A stretch of DNA of 64,000 bases from an uncultured Cytophagales bacterium (GCA_963815495.1 CAWFGW010000007.1:193531-257530), one strand, 5' to 3'; positions 9,158-21,369 are shown, numbered from the stretch's first letter. The notes: generated by a model from the letters alone, not told the origin. Program-made: numbers and translations.

Positions 9158-12100
9158 TTATTCGATAATTAATAACCAACCACTTTCAGAAAAATCAGTA
9201 TGATCGGTGCTACCTAAAAAATCAATCACGTAATAATAGGTTCCAAAAGGTACTTTTGTACCATTGGAATAGCCATCCCACGGGGTTTGATACCCATCAT
9301 CATCTTCAAAAAGGGTATCACCCCAACGATTGAAAATTTTCACATGAGTATGCAGGGTATTTAGGTAAGCCACGAATCACCCATGTATCATTTAAACCAT
9401 CGTTATTGGGCGAAAAGGCATTCGGTATATTTACTGCTTTATAGTTTCGAATTGTAATACTTGAACTTGACTCACAGCCTTGTCCTACGGGACCTGTAAA
9501 CACTGTTACTGGGTAAGTAGTCGTTACATTTTCATCCTGAATAGTATAGATTGGATTTTGAACTAATTCTTGGTTAACATCATAAGATAAAAAGCCAGGG
9601 GTTGTAGAACGGTAACTTAAATAATTATCTTCTTCCCAATGGATTAGTGAAACCGTATCATATTTCAAATCATCAATCTGAAGGGGCAATTGAATTTCCT
9701 TTTGATTACCATATGTCACATCCATGAACTCGATTGGAAATGAAGTAAACACTTGTTCATATATTTTTATAGTAATGGAATCGGTGTGAGACGGACAATA
9801 ATCATTGGAAACAGTTAAAAAATATTCACCCGATGCTGTGGGATGTTTTAAATCAAAAGGTACAATAGTGGATTCCGAAGGATAAAAGTTCAGTGACCAA
9901 ATTTCCACTCATAGTTAGAAATCTCCTCATTCTGAACACCTTTCAATGTGATTACCCTATCCGTTTCACAGATGATGGTATCCGAAGCTTTAATTTCAGC
10001 AAAAGGCATTTTTATTACGTCTTGAAACACCAGGTTAGAAACTGCTGTATCTTCATATAAGCATTTATAATTCGAGCGCACCTTTACATAAATAGACGTA
10101 TCAATGCTTGTGTTTAAGTCAAAATAAGGCAAGCTAAAATCGGTGTTAAGCAACTCACCCTTTTTATTGAAAAAATAATATTCAGGAGCATCCCCAGCAG
10201 CAAAATTAGTATGCGTTTGAAAACGAACACTTGTCCCGACACAAACAGGTAACATTTCATCCAGCGACACTTCTGGATAATAAGCCTGCTCTGGCACAAG
10301 TGTTAAAGCAGCTTTGGTTACAGGGCATACACCATTAGAGGTAATCCACTCCGCCACTAAGGTGTCTTCAATACTTAAAAAATTTGTAACTAAAGATGAA
10401 GCATCGTTTTCTTCTATTTCAATATCCCCAGTATTTTTTATTATCGTCCAACTACCATTACCAATAGCTGGAATATTTCCAGTCATTCGTTTATCATCAT
10501 CAGTGATACAGTAAACCAGCGTATCAGTAAGCGCATTGGAAACAAGAGCTTGTGTAGGTTTCAAATCGACTGGAATTTCAAAGTTACCGATATCCCCCAC
10601 ACAGCCTTCCCTGGTTGTTTCAACCACACTTCCTACTATATTCACGTTTCCAGCTATAAAGTGAATGGAGTCACGCTGGTCATCTTGATTAAAAACCTGA
10701 GCTCCGTTGTCAATCGCCCACGTAAAGGTACTTTCATCAAACCCAGAGACATATAACGAATCGTTGAAAGTTTCACAAACCGCATTAATAGGAAAAGGCT
10801 GTGGCGCTATTGGTGTAGTATCTACCACAACTTTTATTGGCGACAACTCACTTTCGCACAACCAATTTTTCTGACTCACAAAAAAGGAATCAACAGTGAC
10901 CTTGCGATAAAAATCAGGTTTTTGGGCAAGTAAAATAGTATCGCCACTATACCAACGAATGGAATTGAGCGGGTCGGTGGTTAGCACAAAGTCAGGCAAA
11001 GTCTCTACCTTTTGGCAATAGCGTATGGTGTCTTGTACTAAAGGTGCATCAGGTACATTGACGACTTCTACCTGACGAACTAGTGTATCACGGCAACCTT
11101 CCATGCTTGTAAATTCATATTTAACATCATAAAATCCTTCTGTTGCTGGGGGAATAAAATAGCCATTGCTTAAGGTTCCAGTACCTGAAAAGAAGCCACC
11201 TTCTGGGCTAACGTCTTGAATTTTTATGGTATCAGAAGATTCGCATGTTGGAGCTACGGGAGAAAAATCTACTTCCACATAATCATGTACAATAGTTTTA
11301 GCTTTTGCTCTACCTACTTCTGTTCCATCCAGACTGGTTATTTTCGCATAATAATCACTACTGTCAATCAAACTTATAGGTAGTGTTAAAGGAATTGTAA
11401 AATTACTATCGCTAAACCATTCCACCTTAGAGGTTACACCACCAATTACATGCGTATTAAACTCGGATAAATCAAAGCTGGAATAAACAGCGGGATTACT
11501 TTCGACATCCGAGCAGATTTTAAAAAGTGTATCTGTTGCATTCAAAGAACAAGGAAACACTTCTAAGGTATCCGTTGTGGTACAGTATTTTTGAGTGACG
11601 GTTAAGACGTATTTCCCTGCTGTTTTAACCGTCACAGCAGCGCTTAAATTATCAGGTAAAAATGGTTCACCTGAAGGCCCTTCCCATGAAAATGAAGTAT
11701 CTGCAGTAGTTGTAGAACCGAGAAGATTTGCCTCACCAGTAATACAGTCTAATTTAACATCGAGGCCAGCATCCGCTGTAGGCACGATTCCTGAAGTAGT
11801 GACAAGAACGGTATCCGTCATGTTGCATCCGCCATCTTTAGCTTTTAATACATATTCACCCGGAATATCTACATCGGTAAACAATGCTTCGGAGTTTGGT
11901 AAATAATTTACACCTGTTGGACCTTCCCAGAAATAGCTATCCGACTGAGACAGTGCTGAAACGGCTTTTAAAGAAGTATGTGTATCGCCACATTCGATGT
12001 TTGCATCTGGTCCGGCACTAATGCTATCCACCACAATTGAATCAGCTGCTGATAAAGTAATTTGACAACCTTCTGGACTTACCAGAATTAAGTTGGGAAG

Positions 12101-15100
12101 GTATTTTCCTGATTTTTGGTAATAATGATTAACTGAATCGCTATTGCTTAAATTAGAAGTGGGCGATAAATCACCAAAATCCCAAAAATAACCTGCTATA
12201 TTGCTACCCTCCACTTTTGCTACTAATGGTTCTCCTACACATAAAAAATCATCATCTACAAATAATTCTCCAACAGGCCCTTTTATGCGAATTGGCTTGG
12301 TAAGGGTATCTTTACAGCCATCAAGACCAGTGGCGATTAACCGCACGTTATAAGTACCTGCCGTATTGTAAAAATGACTTACTTCAACATTATTAGTCGC
12401 TGAAGTTTCCTCATCGCCAAAATCCCATGCATAAGAGGAACTATAAGTGGAAGTACTTACAAACGGTAAAGAAAAGGTACCTACACATTTTGCCGTATCA
12501 GCTCCTACATCAAAACTGGCAACAGGTTTTACCAATTTCACATAGTTGCTTCGTGAAATAGAATCCACACATCCACCATCATCGGTAACGACTAATTTTA
12601 CAGAAAACTTACCCGTATTCTCATATATGTGGGTATGAGAACTTCCTGAATAGCCATAGACCACCTCCCCATCACCATAAATCCATTTGAATTGATTAGG
12701 ATTGGATACCAATGCGTTAGAATTATTATAAAACCGAATGTTAAACAAATTACATCGTAAGGTGTCTCGCGTATAAAAATTTGCTTTAGGACTAAATGAT
12801 TCTGCCGTCAACGAATAGGAATCAGAACATCCTAGTTCGTCAGTCACGGTTAAAGTCGGAGTATATTTTTTATAATAGGAAGTTTGACTATAGGAATGGG
12901 AGACATCTGACGGATCAGTAGCAATTTCTTCGTGTCCATCACCAAAGTTCCACTTCCATTCAGTAATGGCTGTTGCACCATTTGCTAAGGAGCTATCAGA
13001 AAAATTGATGGTAAAATCACCACTGCAAAAACTGGAAGAATCCATTCCAAACTTAGCTTCTGGTCCTTTAACCACCACTGGTACTGGATCTTGGATAGAA
13101 TCTTTACAACCAAATTTATCCGTGATAATCAATTTCGGATAAAACACTCCTGTATCGGTGTAGATGTGATCAGTATTACCTTTTAAATATGTTCCGTATC
13201 GGGTAAAATTTAAAGTATTGTTAATCACCTTTCGTTCCGTACTATCACCATAGTCCCATACGTAAGATGCAATGTTGCTAGAATCTATCCCAACTGGATT
13301 AAAATTAACTTTTAACCCTTTACAAATGTTATCTTTATCTTTTGAAAAGGCCGCCTTTTCATCCACCGCAACCACCCTCACCTTATGTTCGAACGTAGTT
13401 AACGTGGTGAGGTCTCTTAAAGTAGTGGTAACCAAAAACTTTTTTTTAACCCCATCAGCAGGAAAGGTAAATGTAATGGGGTTTTCATCAGTCGTTCTTA
13501 CATCACCATCAAAATCCCAGGAAATGACTTCAGCATTTTGTGTAGTGTCTATGAATGTGAAGGTGTATTTTTGATCACAACCTCCTGAGCGATCTACCGA
13601 CATGGGACCACCGCCCCCACCTCCGCCTCCACCGCCTCCGCCTCCTCCATCGTCATCGCAAAACTCGTTCACGGTTACGTTTTGAGGATCAGCTACAGCT
13701 TCACAACCTTGTTCAGTAATTATTCTAACTCCGACAGTATAACTACCAGCAGTAGAAAAAGTATGTGTCGCCTCATTTGTAGCGAGTGTTTCAGTTTGTC
13801 CATCACCAAACGTATACACATAACTAGCAACGGGGTCCCGTGACGTAGGTGTAGCTTTCACTGTAATCGGAAAAGGAGCACAACCTTCAGGGTTTCCTAA
13901 ATTCATTTTTACCAATGGAGCACTATTTCTAATATATCTATACACGGTTGAGTTACTACATCCTGCCTCGTTAGTTGCCGTTAAACTAACTGTAAAATTG
14001 CCAAAGCTTGTATAGGAATGACTTACAGGGTCAGATGAGGTAACTGTTTCAGTGGTACCATCACCAAAGTTCCAGTTATATTCACTCGCATTTTGGCTGG
14101 TGTTTGTAAACGTAACTTCGTGAGGTATTTGACATCCATTTGGTAAATCAACTGCTAAACCCGCTGTTGGTGTCGGTAACACGTTTACCTCTCCTTCTGC
14201 TGTATCACTACTGCAACCGGAGAACGTATTAAAGTTCACATATTTCACTTTCCAGGTTCCTGGTGTTGTAAAGGTATGGTTTCGAGATTTCCCTAAATAG
14301 AAGTTAGTGTTTCCTTCAATCATCCACTTCCCCTGGTTACTTAATCCTGTTGCATCCGTTTCTGATCTTAAAGCTCCAGTCGCTCTCACACAGACATTTT
14401 CCGGAACAGTGATGGCAGCCTCTGGTTTTCCAATGTAGACATTTTTATCGCCACTAGTGGCGACAGATGTGGAGCAGTTCTCCGTCTCATTAATAGCTTG
14501 TAATTTAACCGTATAAATGCCTGGTGCTGTGTATTCGTGGGTGAGTGTTTCTTCGTTGTTTTCTACTATCGAACCGTCTCCAAAATCCCATTTAAAATTG
14601 AAATTGTCATTTTCAGGAGAAAAATTACTAAAGGTCACGGTATGAGGGGCTTCACAATTAAAATTATCTTCTACCCAAATTGCTGGTGTAATTTTGTTGT
14701 AAACCTTTATAGATTGTGCTATTGATAATGAATTGATACAACCATAACTATTTGTTAGAATAAGTTTGGGTAAGTAATTACCAACAGAATAAGTATGAGT
14801 TGGTGCTTCTAATTCAGTAAAAACATCTTTGGTGCCATCGCTGTAGTTCCATTCCCATTTAACGATTTCTCCATCTCCCGCAGTACTATGATCTTCGAAT
14901 TTTACATTTAATGGTGGACACCCCTCATTAACATCAAAAGAAAAGTCTACGGTGGGTAACGTATAGACACGAATATCTTTAGTAATTGTAGCGGTGTTAG
15001 CCCCATCTCCTACAGTTAACTTTACTTCATAAGTTCCGGGAGTTAAGAAGTTAGTGGTAGGCTTTACTTCATTTGTTGACCCATGGGGACTTCCATCTAC

Positions 15101-15292
15101 TTTATTAAAAAACTCCCACTTATAAGTTGTTACAGGTCCTGTTGAGATAGATGCATCTAATTGAACGACACGCATATCACATGAATCACCTGGAGTCGTG
15201 ATCGAAAAATTGGCTGTTAATTGTCCGTGACCGTTGAAACTTATCGTGATAAATAAAAATAGAATGAGAACATAGGGATATAACTTATTCAA
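9158..15292 (-). pseudogene. Giant PKD-repeat adhesin with T9SS type-B (gliding-motility-associated) C-terminal sorting domain, two frameshifts near the 3' end
   Basis: ORFs 9890..15292, 9318..9908 and 9158..9373 join into one roughly 2,045-codon frame. It has a signal peptide and at least 12 PKD-like repeats (W.[FW][DN]FGDG...H.Y...G.Y.V.L). The C-terminus reads NAFSPNNDGLNDTWVIRGL ... KIFNRWGDTLFE ... GTYYYVI, the type-B CTD signature. Frame changes lie near 9890-9908 and 9340-9373. Confidence 0.8.
13607..13648 (-). repeat. 14-codon poly-glycine tract inside the PKD adhesin
   Basis: Coding strand reads TGC GAT GAC GAT (GGA GGA GGC GGA GGC GGT GGA GGC GGA GGT GGG GGC GGT GGT) CCC ATG, giving C-DDD-G14-PM. 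All four Gly codons are used. Confidence 0.9.
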
Positions 15293-15379
15293 TTTTTTAT
15301 CTCAATTTTTTGAATATCAGGTTGTGTTAATTGTTTAGTGTACTTTGAATCATCGGAACACTAAATATCATTAAATGAT

Positions 15380-15435
15380 GCTTTCCCTTCTTTATGAATC
15401 ATGATAACACACCAATAAGAAAGGAAAGCTTTTTT
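15380..15435. terminator. Long-loop hairpin between the lipase-like gene and the PKD adhesin gene (possible terminator)
   Basis: GCTTTCCCTTCTT (15380-15392) pairs with AAGAAAGGAAAGC (15417-15429) with one mismatch, followed by TTTTTT on the plus strand. The flanking genes are both on the minus strand, so the role is uncertain. Confidence 0.35.
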
Positions 15436-15450
15436 AGACCTCAATATTAT

Positions 15451-18400
15451 TTACTTCGTGATAATTACCTTTTTCGAATAGCTTTCAGCAAGTGTGTTTA
15501 ACTGAACTACATATACTCCTGGTGTAATGAAACTTGGGAAATCAACGTTAATCGTATTTTCACCTTGGTGAAGTGTTATGTTACTCGCTTTAATTAACTC
15601 CCCTTGTAAGTTTTTAATTAATACTTGAGCAGATGAGGTCGCTGTCAGTGCGCTATAGGTTATGGAAATATTCCCTCCTTTATTCGGGTTAGGATAAATG
15701 TTAAAATCTTTCTTATCAAAATCGTCTTTGTCCACAGCTACTTCAATATCATCTGCAGGAAGTACTTCCCTTATTCGTGAGATCAAATTCACCGAAGCCA
15801 ACGAATCAATAATTCTCAAACGAAAATACATTTTTGTGTTGGCTGTAAACTCATCTTTAAAAAGGTAGCTGGTTTGTTCATAAGAAGTACCTGCAGCTGT
15901 GACAGTAAATAATTCAGTGAAGTCTATTCCATTTTCACTCTCTTCAATCACAATACTTTTCGTACGGTATTCCTGTAAAGTATTCCAATCAAAGATCAAC
16001 TCATTATCATCCGTTACACTTACATAAAAATCACCAAAAATCGTTTTGGTCAAGTTCTGGTTTTCATATACTACAAATTGTAAGGAGTCTATTTTATTAT
16101 CATATACTGCTACCAAATAGGTTTTACCTTGTTTTAAAGCTCTTACACTGTATGGTGTATCGAATTTCGCAACAGTCGTGTCAGTTAGGTAATAGAGCAC
16201 GGAAGGGTTAGTAGTAAAGTTTCTGACAGTAGAATCTGAATATAGTCCTTGCAAACTGATACTATACCTTTCCATTTGTTCCATTTCTACTACTTCTGAA
16301 AAAGAAGAGAAATAAATTTTAGTAAGATTAATTGAATCTGGAATTTCAACATTAAAGGTTAGAGAGTCCATGAAAAAATATTGGTCTTCTGTAGCACCAT
16401 ATGCTAACACAGTAATTTCTCCAAAATAATTAGTTGGAATAATATAGCTAAACAAGTTTGTGTCAGTAAATACTTCGATGTCATCTATTGTATTTTCAAA
16501 ATCCTCATTTGGACTTTCGAACATTATGAAACCAGTGGTGATTTTTTTTGCAATTAATTTCACCATAATTGTATCTCCTGGAAAGAAACTTTTTAAAGAA
16601 TCAGTTTGATCAAAATAAAACTCTACTCCTTCAGGAACTTCATCTGAACTTATCCTTGCTCCATTATTGACAGTCTCTTTTTCGTCTGCACCAAACAAGT
16701 TATAAATTAATTGATTCTTTGTATCTTCTCTTGGAGGGTTTAGACCTTCAAGAGAAAAGTTCGATGTAGGGCTATAGACATTTTGACCTAACAGTTCTAT
16801 TACTCTATTTTGAATAACGGGTGACGTTGCAACACCCTCTGAGCCTACTGGTCTAAATATATCTATGTGAGCTATATTGTACTCATGCATCGTAGTGATA
16901 TATGGATAAGGTAATCCTGCTTCCATACTACTTCTTGGTACTATAAAATCACTGTTTTCACCATTAAAAACTTTACGCATAAAATCATCTATAGCATTTG
17001 CTCCTCCTTTTTTTATACCATAGTGTAAAATTGACAGTTTAGTCAATTTGTTGAAGTTATATATATAACGACTTAGAGCAACTGATAAGTCAGCACTATC
17101 CAAATCAATTTTAGATAATTTAAAATCAGTTGCTACAGCATGAATAGGAACTTGGTATTCTTTTAATTTCACAAGGTAATCATGACTATTTAAATCGGTT
17201 ATAAACCCCTTATCAACCTGTAATACTTTTGCTCCATTTTTCTCTGTTTGATCTTCAGGTGCAGCTGACATGCCTGCTTTAGTAAATATAGTTCCTAGTT
17301 TAAACTCTATATTTTTATAAACCGGTATAGGGAATGTAGTTATCGGTACTTTTATAGTTACAATTCTTTCGTCCAGTACTGCGTTGGCGAGTTGAGAACC
17401 AGCATGTGGAGTATTTAAAGTTATCAATGAATGAATATCAAAATTATATTTTATTCCGGGTTGTAGCTCTTCGATATAGGCTCTGGAATACAAACCTCCC
17501 CTACTATGCACCACTAAACTTACTTTTCCAGCAGATAGGTTGTTTGAACTACAAATTTTTCTCAATCGATTGATACCATCAGGTATTTGATGTGCATCTC
17601 CAGCGAATGGTTTTTCTGCCGTATTTCCACCATCATCCTTATGCAGTTTATATATTTTAAGAACTTTAAAAGGTTGGTAGTTCCCATTTTCGCGGAGTGC
17701 TTTTTCAAAACTTATTAAGGAATTAATATTACTCCATACTCCATGAACTAACAACACTGGGGGAGTGGTGATTTTCACAAAGTTTTTGAAGAGAGGTTCG
17801 CTCAAAGCATTCTTCTTGCCAATAGTAAAATCGTAAATTGCGTCTTCGCCTTTACTCACAAAGGCTTCATCCACATACATAGGATGACGGAAGATAATAT
17901 CAACATATTCTTTTTTATCGTCTTCATAATCTTCTAACGGTTTAAGAATAAACTTACCATATTTTGCTGTATCTTCATTTCTGTATTTTCCTGCCAAACC
18001 AAACAAATAATTTTCTTCTTGCTGATAAAACCCGTCAAAATCATCCGTATAATATCTAAAAACTGATGAAGTAGTTCCATCTGCAGAAAACATAGGTAGG
18101 TCATCTTGATTATAAGAAATATTGTTCATCCCTTTTAATGTGGTCATGGATGACATTTCGATATAGTTTTCATCTTTTGAATCAAATGGTGCTTCTTTTC
18201 TATCTATATGAAAAACAGTTAAATCTGAAGGAATAAAAATTTGATCTACACCTTGGTCTGTCACTACATACACATACCCCCCTCCGGTAGTGACCCCTTT
18301 AATGTTGTTAGAAGAAAGACCGTCTAACGTAGTAATTAAAGTATACGAAGAATCTTGTTTCAAGTCACCATGTCCATCATACACTAACAATCCGCCTGTA

Positions 18401-19569
18401 GTACCTAAAAATACTCTCCTACCTGAACTGGCAATTAAACCTGGTGTTAAATTAAATGAAGGAATTTTCCCATTTGCAAACATTGAAGATACTTCATTTT
18501 CACCTGTTGTCTTGTTATAATGACTTAACGTATCTATATATACCCATTCCGCATTACTATATCCAAAGTTTTTCATCATAGCAAACCCTCTGTTTTGATT
18601 AAAGGTAAGCCAAGGTGTGTCATTTTTTTGAAAGTGGATTGAATAAGGTCTTGGGCTTGCAAAGCTATTCGTAAAAGGTAATTCAGGGGCATTCGTATAG
18701 TCTAGCTTCTCATAAAAATTTCCATTCAAATCATACTTAATGATGGCTGTGTTTGCGATGTTTCCACTTACATCTTCATAGGCTCCTACACTTACCCATA
18801 CTTGATCTTTGCCTACTCCCACCGATAAATGTTGGCGCGTTTGAGCTACTTTATCGATGGGCGCATTAACGGTATAAGCTGGATATTTGCTTTCATCTAC
18901 ATTAGATCGGTTATCAAAAACTGGTTTATCAGCTTTTTTCATGCCCAACCCTCCTGGAGTGACGAAATATCCCCCCCTAACTGAATAGTTATCATATTGA
19001 TTAGTAAATGGATTAAAAATATAATCAATATATCCTGTAGTTAACAAATCATGATAACCATGTGCTGACCATACTGTTCCATTTTTATCAACAGCTATTG
19101 ACTTACAATCACGAGTGGGTGTTCCGTCATTTTTTTTTGCTGGCATCAACATGCCTCTAGCCACTACTTTATCTCGTTCCGCCACATAATATTGAGCTTC
19201 TGTGGAACTTGTTGTTAAAAAATGATGAACACCACCTCCAGATGCTGTTCCACCTCCCATACCTCGAGAACCTACCCACACACTGGTTCTACCATTAACT
19301 GTGGGTGTAGCTATCGATTGAATTTGATATTTGTTAAAGTTTGCATCCGAAGAAAATAAAGAAAGCCCACCTGCTTCAATTATACCAGTAGCAGTATCTG
19401 ACGATGCTTTCCACAGTCCTTCACTTCGAGTTCCAGCCCATAAATTACCTTCAGCGTCATAGGAGAGACAAGTGAAACTAGTCCCTGTACCAATCTTTTT
19501 CACTGTTTGAGCTTGTGATTGAATAAAAACAGTTAAAATTAAAAGAGTACTTGTTAATAGATGTCTCAT
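15451..19569 (-). CDS. T9SS-secreted multidomain protein: beta-propeller repeats, alpha/beta-hydrolase (family-I-lipase-like), BIg-like domains, type-A CTD
   Basis: 1372-aa ORF with a signal peptide. The N-terminal region has repeated W.G[TS]/GL.. two-component-regulator-propeller-like units. The lipase core has PVLLVHG, nucleophile-elbow VVHSRGG and TLNTPHAGS. The C-terminus FNIYPNPNKGGNISITY...GVYVVQL...KKVIITK is a Por/T9SS type-A sorting domain. Confidence 0.75.
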   Translation of the reverse strand: MRHLLTSTLLILTVFIQSQAQTVKKIGTGTSFTCLSYDAEGNLWAGTRSEGLWKASSDTATGIIEAGGLSLFSSDANFNKYQIQSIATPTVNGRTSVWVGSRGMGGGTASGGGVHHFLTTSSTEAQYYVAERDKVVARGMLMPAKKNDGTPTRDCKSIAVDKNGTVWSAHGYHDLLTTGYIDYIFNPFTNQYDNYSVRGGYFVTPGGLGMKKADKPVFDNRSNVDESKYPAYTVNAPIDKVAQTRQHLSVGVGKDQVWVSVGAYEDVSGNIANTAIIKYDLNGNFYEKLDYTNAPELPFTNSFASPRPYSIHFQKNDTPWLTFNQNRGFAMMKNFGYSNAEWVYIDTLSHYNKTTGENEVSSMFANGKIPSFNLTPGLIASSGRRVFLGTTGGLLVYDGHGDLKQDSSYTLITTLDGLSSNNIKGVTTGGGYVYVVTDQGVDQIFIPSDLTVFHIDRKEAPFDSKDENYIEMSSMTTLKGMNNISYNQDDLPMFSADGTTSSVFRYYTDDFDGFYQQEENYLFGLAGKYRNEDTAKYGKFILKPLEDYEDDKKEYVDIIFRHPMYVDEAFVSKGEDAIYDFTIGKKNALSEPLFKNFVKITTPPVLLVHGVWSNINSLISFEKALRENGNYQPFKVLKIYKLHKDDGGNTAEKPFAGDAHQIPDGINRLRKICSSNNLSAGKVSLVVHSRGGLYSRAYIEELQPGIKYNFDIHSLITLNTPHAGSQLANAVLDERIVTIKVPITTFPIPVYKNIEFKLGTIFTKAGMSAAPEDQTEKNGAKVLQVDKGFITDLNSHDYLVKLKEYQVPIHAVATDFKLSKIDLDSADLSVALSRYIYNFNKLTKLSILHYGIKKGGANAIDDFMRKVFNGENSDFIVPRSSMEAGLPYPYITTMHEYNIAHIDIFRPVGSEGVATSPVIQNRVIELLGQNVYSPTSNFSLEGLNPPREDTKNQLIYNLFGADEKETVNNGARISSDEVPEGVEFYFDQTDSLKSFFPGDTIMVKLIAKKITTGFIMFESPNEDFENTIDDIEVFTDTNLFSYIIPTNYFGEITVLAYGATEDQYFFMDSLTFNVEIPDSINLTKIYFSSFSEVVEMEQMERYSISLQGLYSDSTVRNFTTNPSVLYYLTDTTVAKFDTPYSVRALKQGKTYLVAVYDNKIDSLQFVVYENQNLTKTIFGDFYVSVTDDNELIFDWNTLQEYRTKSIVIEESENGIDFTELFTVTAAGTSYEQTSYLFKDEFTANTKMYFRLRIIDSLASVNLISRIREVLPADDIEVAVDKDDFDKKDFNIYPNPNKGGNISITYSALTATSSAQVLIKNLQGELIKASNITLHQGENTINVDFPSFITPGVYVVQLNTLAESYSKKVIITK

Positions 19570-19714
19570 AAGGATAGTTTTAATACAAAATTATTATTCT
19601 TTATGAGCAACGAATTGATTACTTCACTAACGTAGGTTTTGAGTTGATTAACGTTGTTAAAAATAATTAAAAAAACACCACCTTAGAAGCACGAATACCC
19701 CTAAGGGGATTATA

Positions 19715-20125
19715 TTAATTTAACTTTTTAAAAAAACCTGATAAGTCTTCTATCATTTGTTTTTCTGCCTTATTTGTTCCTAAAAAAGAATCAGCGATTG
19801 CTGTGCAGGTATTCAAGGTTATTTCCATGATATATTCAGAAAACATTTTAGGGTTTGCTTTCGCATAGACTTTAAAGTCTTCAAACGCTTGTTGTGCTGA
19901 CTCTTTTGATTCATTCAAATACTGAAACATAAATTCAATATTGAACGCATTGTCCATACCAAATTCATCTTCTGTGTCTTCTAACGGTAGCCAAACAGTT
20001 TCTACAACCTTCTTCAATTCATCTATCTCCTCTTTTCTAACCACTTTATCAGCATAAGCTACAGCATAAAAAAGCTTTCCTACGTTCTGATAAAAAAGTT
20101 GCATTGTTTCATATGACTTCTTCAT
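19715..20125 (-). CDS. Hypothetical protein, TerB-like helical domain
   Basis: 136-aa ORF. LFYAVAYADKVVRKEEIDELKKVV resembles the TerB-family pattern (A.ADG.....E...L). This is weak, motif-level evidence only. Confidence 0.4.
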   Translation of the reverse strand: MKKSYETMQLFYQNVGKLFYAVAYADKVVRKEEIDELKKVVETVWLPLEDTEDEFGMDNAFNIEFMFQYLNESKESAQQAFEDFKVYAKANPKMFSEYIMEITLNTCTAIADSFLGTNKAEKQMIEDLSGFFKKLN

Positions 20126-20273
20126 TCTTTATTTCATTGGTTAACGAACATCGAAAATAGGAAAAACTATCATTTAGTAAAGCGCTTGTGGATAATTTAG
20201 AATAGTTAAAAACCACTTGTTAGTAATATGCATGCACACAAACACTGTAAATGTTATTTATCAAACTGATGTA

Positions 20274-21062
20274 TTATTCTTCACTTATTAGTAATGGGTC
20301 TTCAGGAACTTCTCCCCTAAACCCTGTTTTGCTTTCGTAAGTGAGGCATAAAATCAAATACCCTTTTTTTACCACCACATTATCTGGTGAAAACTCTACC
20401 AAATTACCATCAAAAGTCCAATTGGCTTTACCCCAGCGTCTGTCATCAAATTTATTAAAATCATCACGCCAATCCGCTGTAAAATCAGAACCATTATCAC
20501 CTTTTCCCGGAGTATATTTTGCATACGAAATCCAGTTCACATATTGATATTGAGGCATGGTTCCACCTAAAAACTCACCTACCCAATCAACCCACTCGGC
20601 TATCCAAATATTCATTCGAAAGGATTGTGGATTAGTTAGATGCTTCACTTGTTCTCCCTCAGATTTCCGAACTTCAACACCATCAATAGACCATGACACA
20701 TATTCTGGAGTCCATTCCAAGGTGTACGTATGGTATCCATCAGCAAAGGAAGAATCACCACGGTGAAGTTCCTCTGAAGTTTCACGTATATTTCCTGTAA
20801 TAATATTGGATTGCATAAACATTGCACGGTTTTTACCTAATACTTCAATATCAATTTCTTCCCAATAAGTACCCGGCTTTTCTGATCCATCTTTGTAAGT
20901 AAAGAAAGTAGATAATATTCCACCACCTGTAGCCATGCGCATACGGATATCGATTTTACCATACTTCCAACTTTCCTTGGTATAGATTTCGGCACCTTTA
21001 AATTCTTTTGAAGTTCCAATAAAGACGTACAGAAAGCAGATTGAACAGAATAATAATTTCAT
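20274..21062 (-). CDS. Glycoside hydrolase family 16 (laminarinase/beta-glucanase-like), secreted
   Basis: 262-aa ORF with a signal peptide and the GH16 catalytic motif E-I-D-I-E (WEEIDIEVLG). Confidence 0.85.
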   Translation of the reverse strand: MKLLFCSICFLYVFIGTSKEFKGAEIYTKESWKYGKIDIRMRMATGGGILSTFFTYKDGSEKPGTYWEEIDIEVLGKNRAMFMQSNIITGNIRETSEELHRGDSSFADGYHTYTLEWTPEYVSWSIDGVEVRKSEGEQVKHLTNPQSFRMNIWIAEWVDWVGEFLGGTMPQYQYVNWISYAKYTPGKGDNGSDFTADWRDDFNKFDDRRWGKANWTFDGNLVEFSPDNVVVKKGYLILCLTYESKTGFRGEVPEDPLLISEE

Positions 21063-21369
21063 GTATATCGATTTTTTTAGTTAATATTTTTTACTAGACT
21101 TCTATTATACCTTTAAAGTAAACGTTTCAGTCAGAAAATTATTAAAATTTAGATTTTAAATTCATTATATCAATATTATTAGCATCGTAAGAATTTAATA
21201 TATAGGCAATTGTAAATTATTAACACGTAATACGTTTGACTATATCTCAAAAGTCACGCTTATCAATTGAAAACCAACGTTTGTAAAATAACTTACTAAG
21301 GACTAGCAATTTTTTCATACCATTACCGGCTTAATCAAGTAACATACTTATTTAAAACACTTAAAAAAT

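Noticed and set aside
4500-9908. Programmed ribosomal frameshifting as the explanation for the split genes
   Set aside because: The five sites share no common slippery heptamer or downstream structure, and these protein families are not known to use recoding. Sequencing or assembly error, or pseudogenisation, is the simpler explanation.
13607-13648. Poly-glycine tract as a slipped-strand phase-variation repeat
   Set aside because: The 14 codons are a heterogeneous mix of GGA/GGC/GGT/GGG with no perfect short tandem unit longer than two codons. Replication slippage is therefore unlikely, and it looks like a protein-level linker.
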